Under the pieces are notes generated by a model that worked only from the letters and a program-made list of their open reading frames with translations, had not been told where the DNA came from and made no database searches. This document shows positions 5,758 through 6,888 of a DNA stretch of 6,888 nt, piece by piece (within the stretch, counting starts at the first letter, position 1; each line of letters opens with the position of its first letter). Made by a program: the position numbers and the translations under genes. The stretch is from Promethearchaeota archaeon (lineage in GTDB: Archaea; Asgardarchaeota; Odinarchaeia; Odinarchaeales; JBHLKK01): NCBI GenBank assembly GCA_048939465.1, contig JBHLPL010000104.1, positions 1 to 6,888 of the forward strand, given 5' to 3'.

Positions 5758-6888
5758 TTGGGCGACAAACCTAAGCAAGTTCTAGGAATTTATGGTCCCC
5801 ATGTTGTTAGGGCAAACACGGGCGACAAACTTCTATGCAAAGGGTGGCAACAAGAAGCAGTTTTAAGACTTCTACAGAACAATCTGGATCCAGAAGTGGC
5901 AAAGGATCCGAATAACTTAATCGTTTACGGCGGCGCGGGGAAAGCTGCAAGAAACTGGGAGTGTTTTGAGAAGATTGTTGAATCGCTTAAGAAGCTGGAT
6001 AATGACGAGACCTTGCTTGTACAGTCCGGGAAGCCTGTTGGGATAATAAGAACTCACACAGCTGCTCCACGTGTTCTAATATCGAATGCCATGTTGGTGC
6101 CCAAATGGGCAACTCTGGATGAGTTTAGAAGGCTTGAGGATTTAGGTCTAACAATGTATGGCCAAATGACTGCAGGAAGCTGGATATATATTGGGACCCA
6201 AGGCATATTACAGGGGACTTATGAGACTTTTGCTGCAGTGGCCAAGAAACACTTCGGTGGAAGCCTAAGAGGTAGACTGGTGCTTACGGCCGGTACAGGT
6301 GAGATGGGACGAGCTCAACCGCTTGCGATAACAATGAATGAAGGAGTGGCCTTAGTCGTTGAAGTTGACAGAAATCAGATTCAAAAAGCAATAGACCGAG
6401 AATGTTGCGACATGGCCGTTGAAGACATTGATGAAGCTGTCTCGATAGCCAAGGCAGCTATTAGCGAAAGAGAGGCAAGATCGATAGCTTTAGTCGGCAA
6501 TGCTGCAGAGACTCATCCGAAACTCCTTGAGATGAGAGTCATACCAGATGTAGTAACAGACCAGACCGCAGCACATGATCCGCTTGATGGATACATACCA
6601 ACGGGAATGAGTCTGGAAGAAGCTGCTGAGCTCAGAAAAGAGAATGCGGAGAAATACATCAATCTGGCCAAGAGATCGATGGCAGTTCAGGTAAGGACCA
6701 TGCTGGAATTTCAGCGAAAAGGAGCGGTGGTGTTCGATTATGGCAACAATATTCGTCAGCAGGCCTTCGACGAAGGAGTGAAGGATGCTTTTGAAATTCC
6801 GGGATTTGTCCAGGCATATATCCGTCCTTTGTTCTGCGAAGGAAGAGGTCCTTTTAGGTGGGTGGCGCTGTCAGGAGATCCTGACGAC
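5758..6888 (+). CDS. hutU: Urocanate hydratase (urocanase) family protein, 3'-truncated by the window edge
   Basis: Hand translation gives [105 protein letters not shown]. The frame is open to the end. TTG at 5758 follows the SD; an in-frame ATG at 5734 is an alternative start. Confidence 0.93.
   Translation, partial: MGDKPKQVLGIYGPHVVRANTGDKLLCKGWQQEAVLRLLQNNLDPEVAKDPNNLIVYGGAGKAARNWECFEKIVESLKKLDNDETLLVQSGKPVGIIRTHTAAPRVLISNAMLVPKWATLDEFRRLEDLGLTMYGQMTAGSWIYIGTQGILQGTYETFAAVAKKHFGGSLRGRLVLTAGTGEMGRAQPLAITMNEGVALVVEVDRNQIQKAIDRECCDMAVEDIDEAVSIAKAAISEREARSIALVGNAAETHPKLLEMRVIPDVVTDQTAAHDPLDGYIPTGMSLEEAAELRKENAEKYINLAKRSMAVQVRTMLEFQRKGAVVFDYGNNIRQQAFDEGVKDAFEIPGFVQAYIRPLFCEGRGPFRWVALSGDPDD

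Noticed and set aside
5760-5830. 11-nt direct repeat GGGCGACAAAC, 60 nt apart
   Set aside because: Only two copies, in frame inside hutU (GDK...GDK); not an array or a target-site duplication.
1-6888. CRISPR arrays, transposases, integrases, tRNA or rRNA genes
   Set aside because: No regularly spaced repeats, terminal inverted repeats, recombinase motifs or canonical T-loop/cloverleaf were found by eye.

Overview
Archaeal chromosomal housekeeping window. The r-protein S26e and class I LysRS, with TATA/BRE promoters and SD-led genes, point to a TACK/Asgard-type lineage (inference). The minus-strand block holds a CDP-alcohol phosphatidyltransferase (archaetidylinositol phosphate synthase-like), an overlapping PfkB kinase, and rps26e. 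The plus-strand block holds lysS (class I), a stand-alone Lrp/AsnC ligand-binding domain protein, a macrodomain protein, a bPH_2 membrane protein, and a urocanate hydratase-like gene that runs off the window and is missing from the ORF track. No mobile element or CRISPR array is seen. The main unexplained feature is the 442-nt divergent intergenic region (1975-2416). It contains a possible pseudoknot, a TATA box overlapped by a 7-6-7 inverted repeat, and a GC-rich, helix-dense stretch of about 240-290 nt leading into lysS that I cannot match to a known RNA family. Secondary points are a probable inositol kinase/AIP synthase pair, a HutU with an altered NAD-binding loop, and a degenerate KMSKS motif in LysRS. 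All RNA pairings were found by eye, not by folding software.
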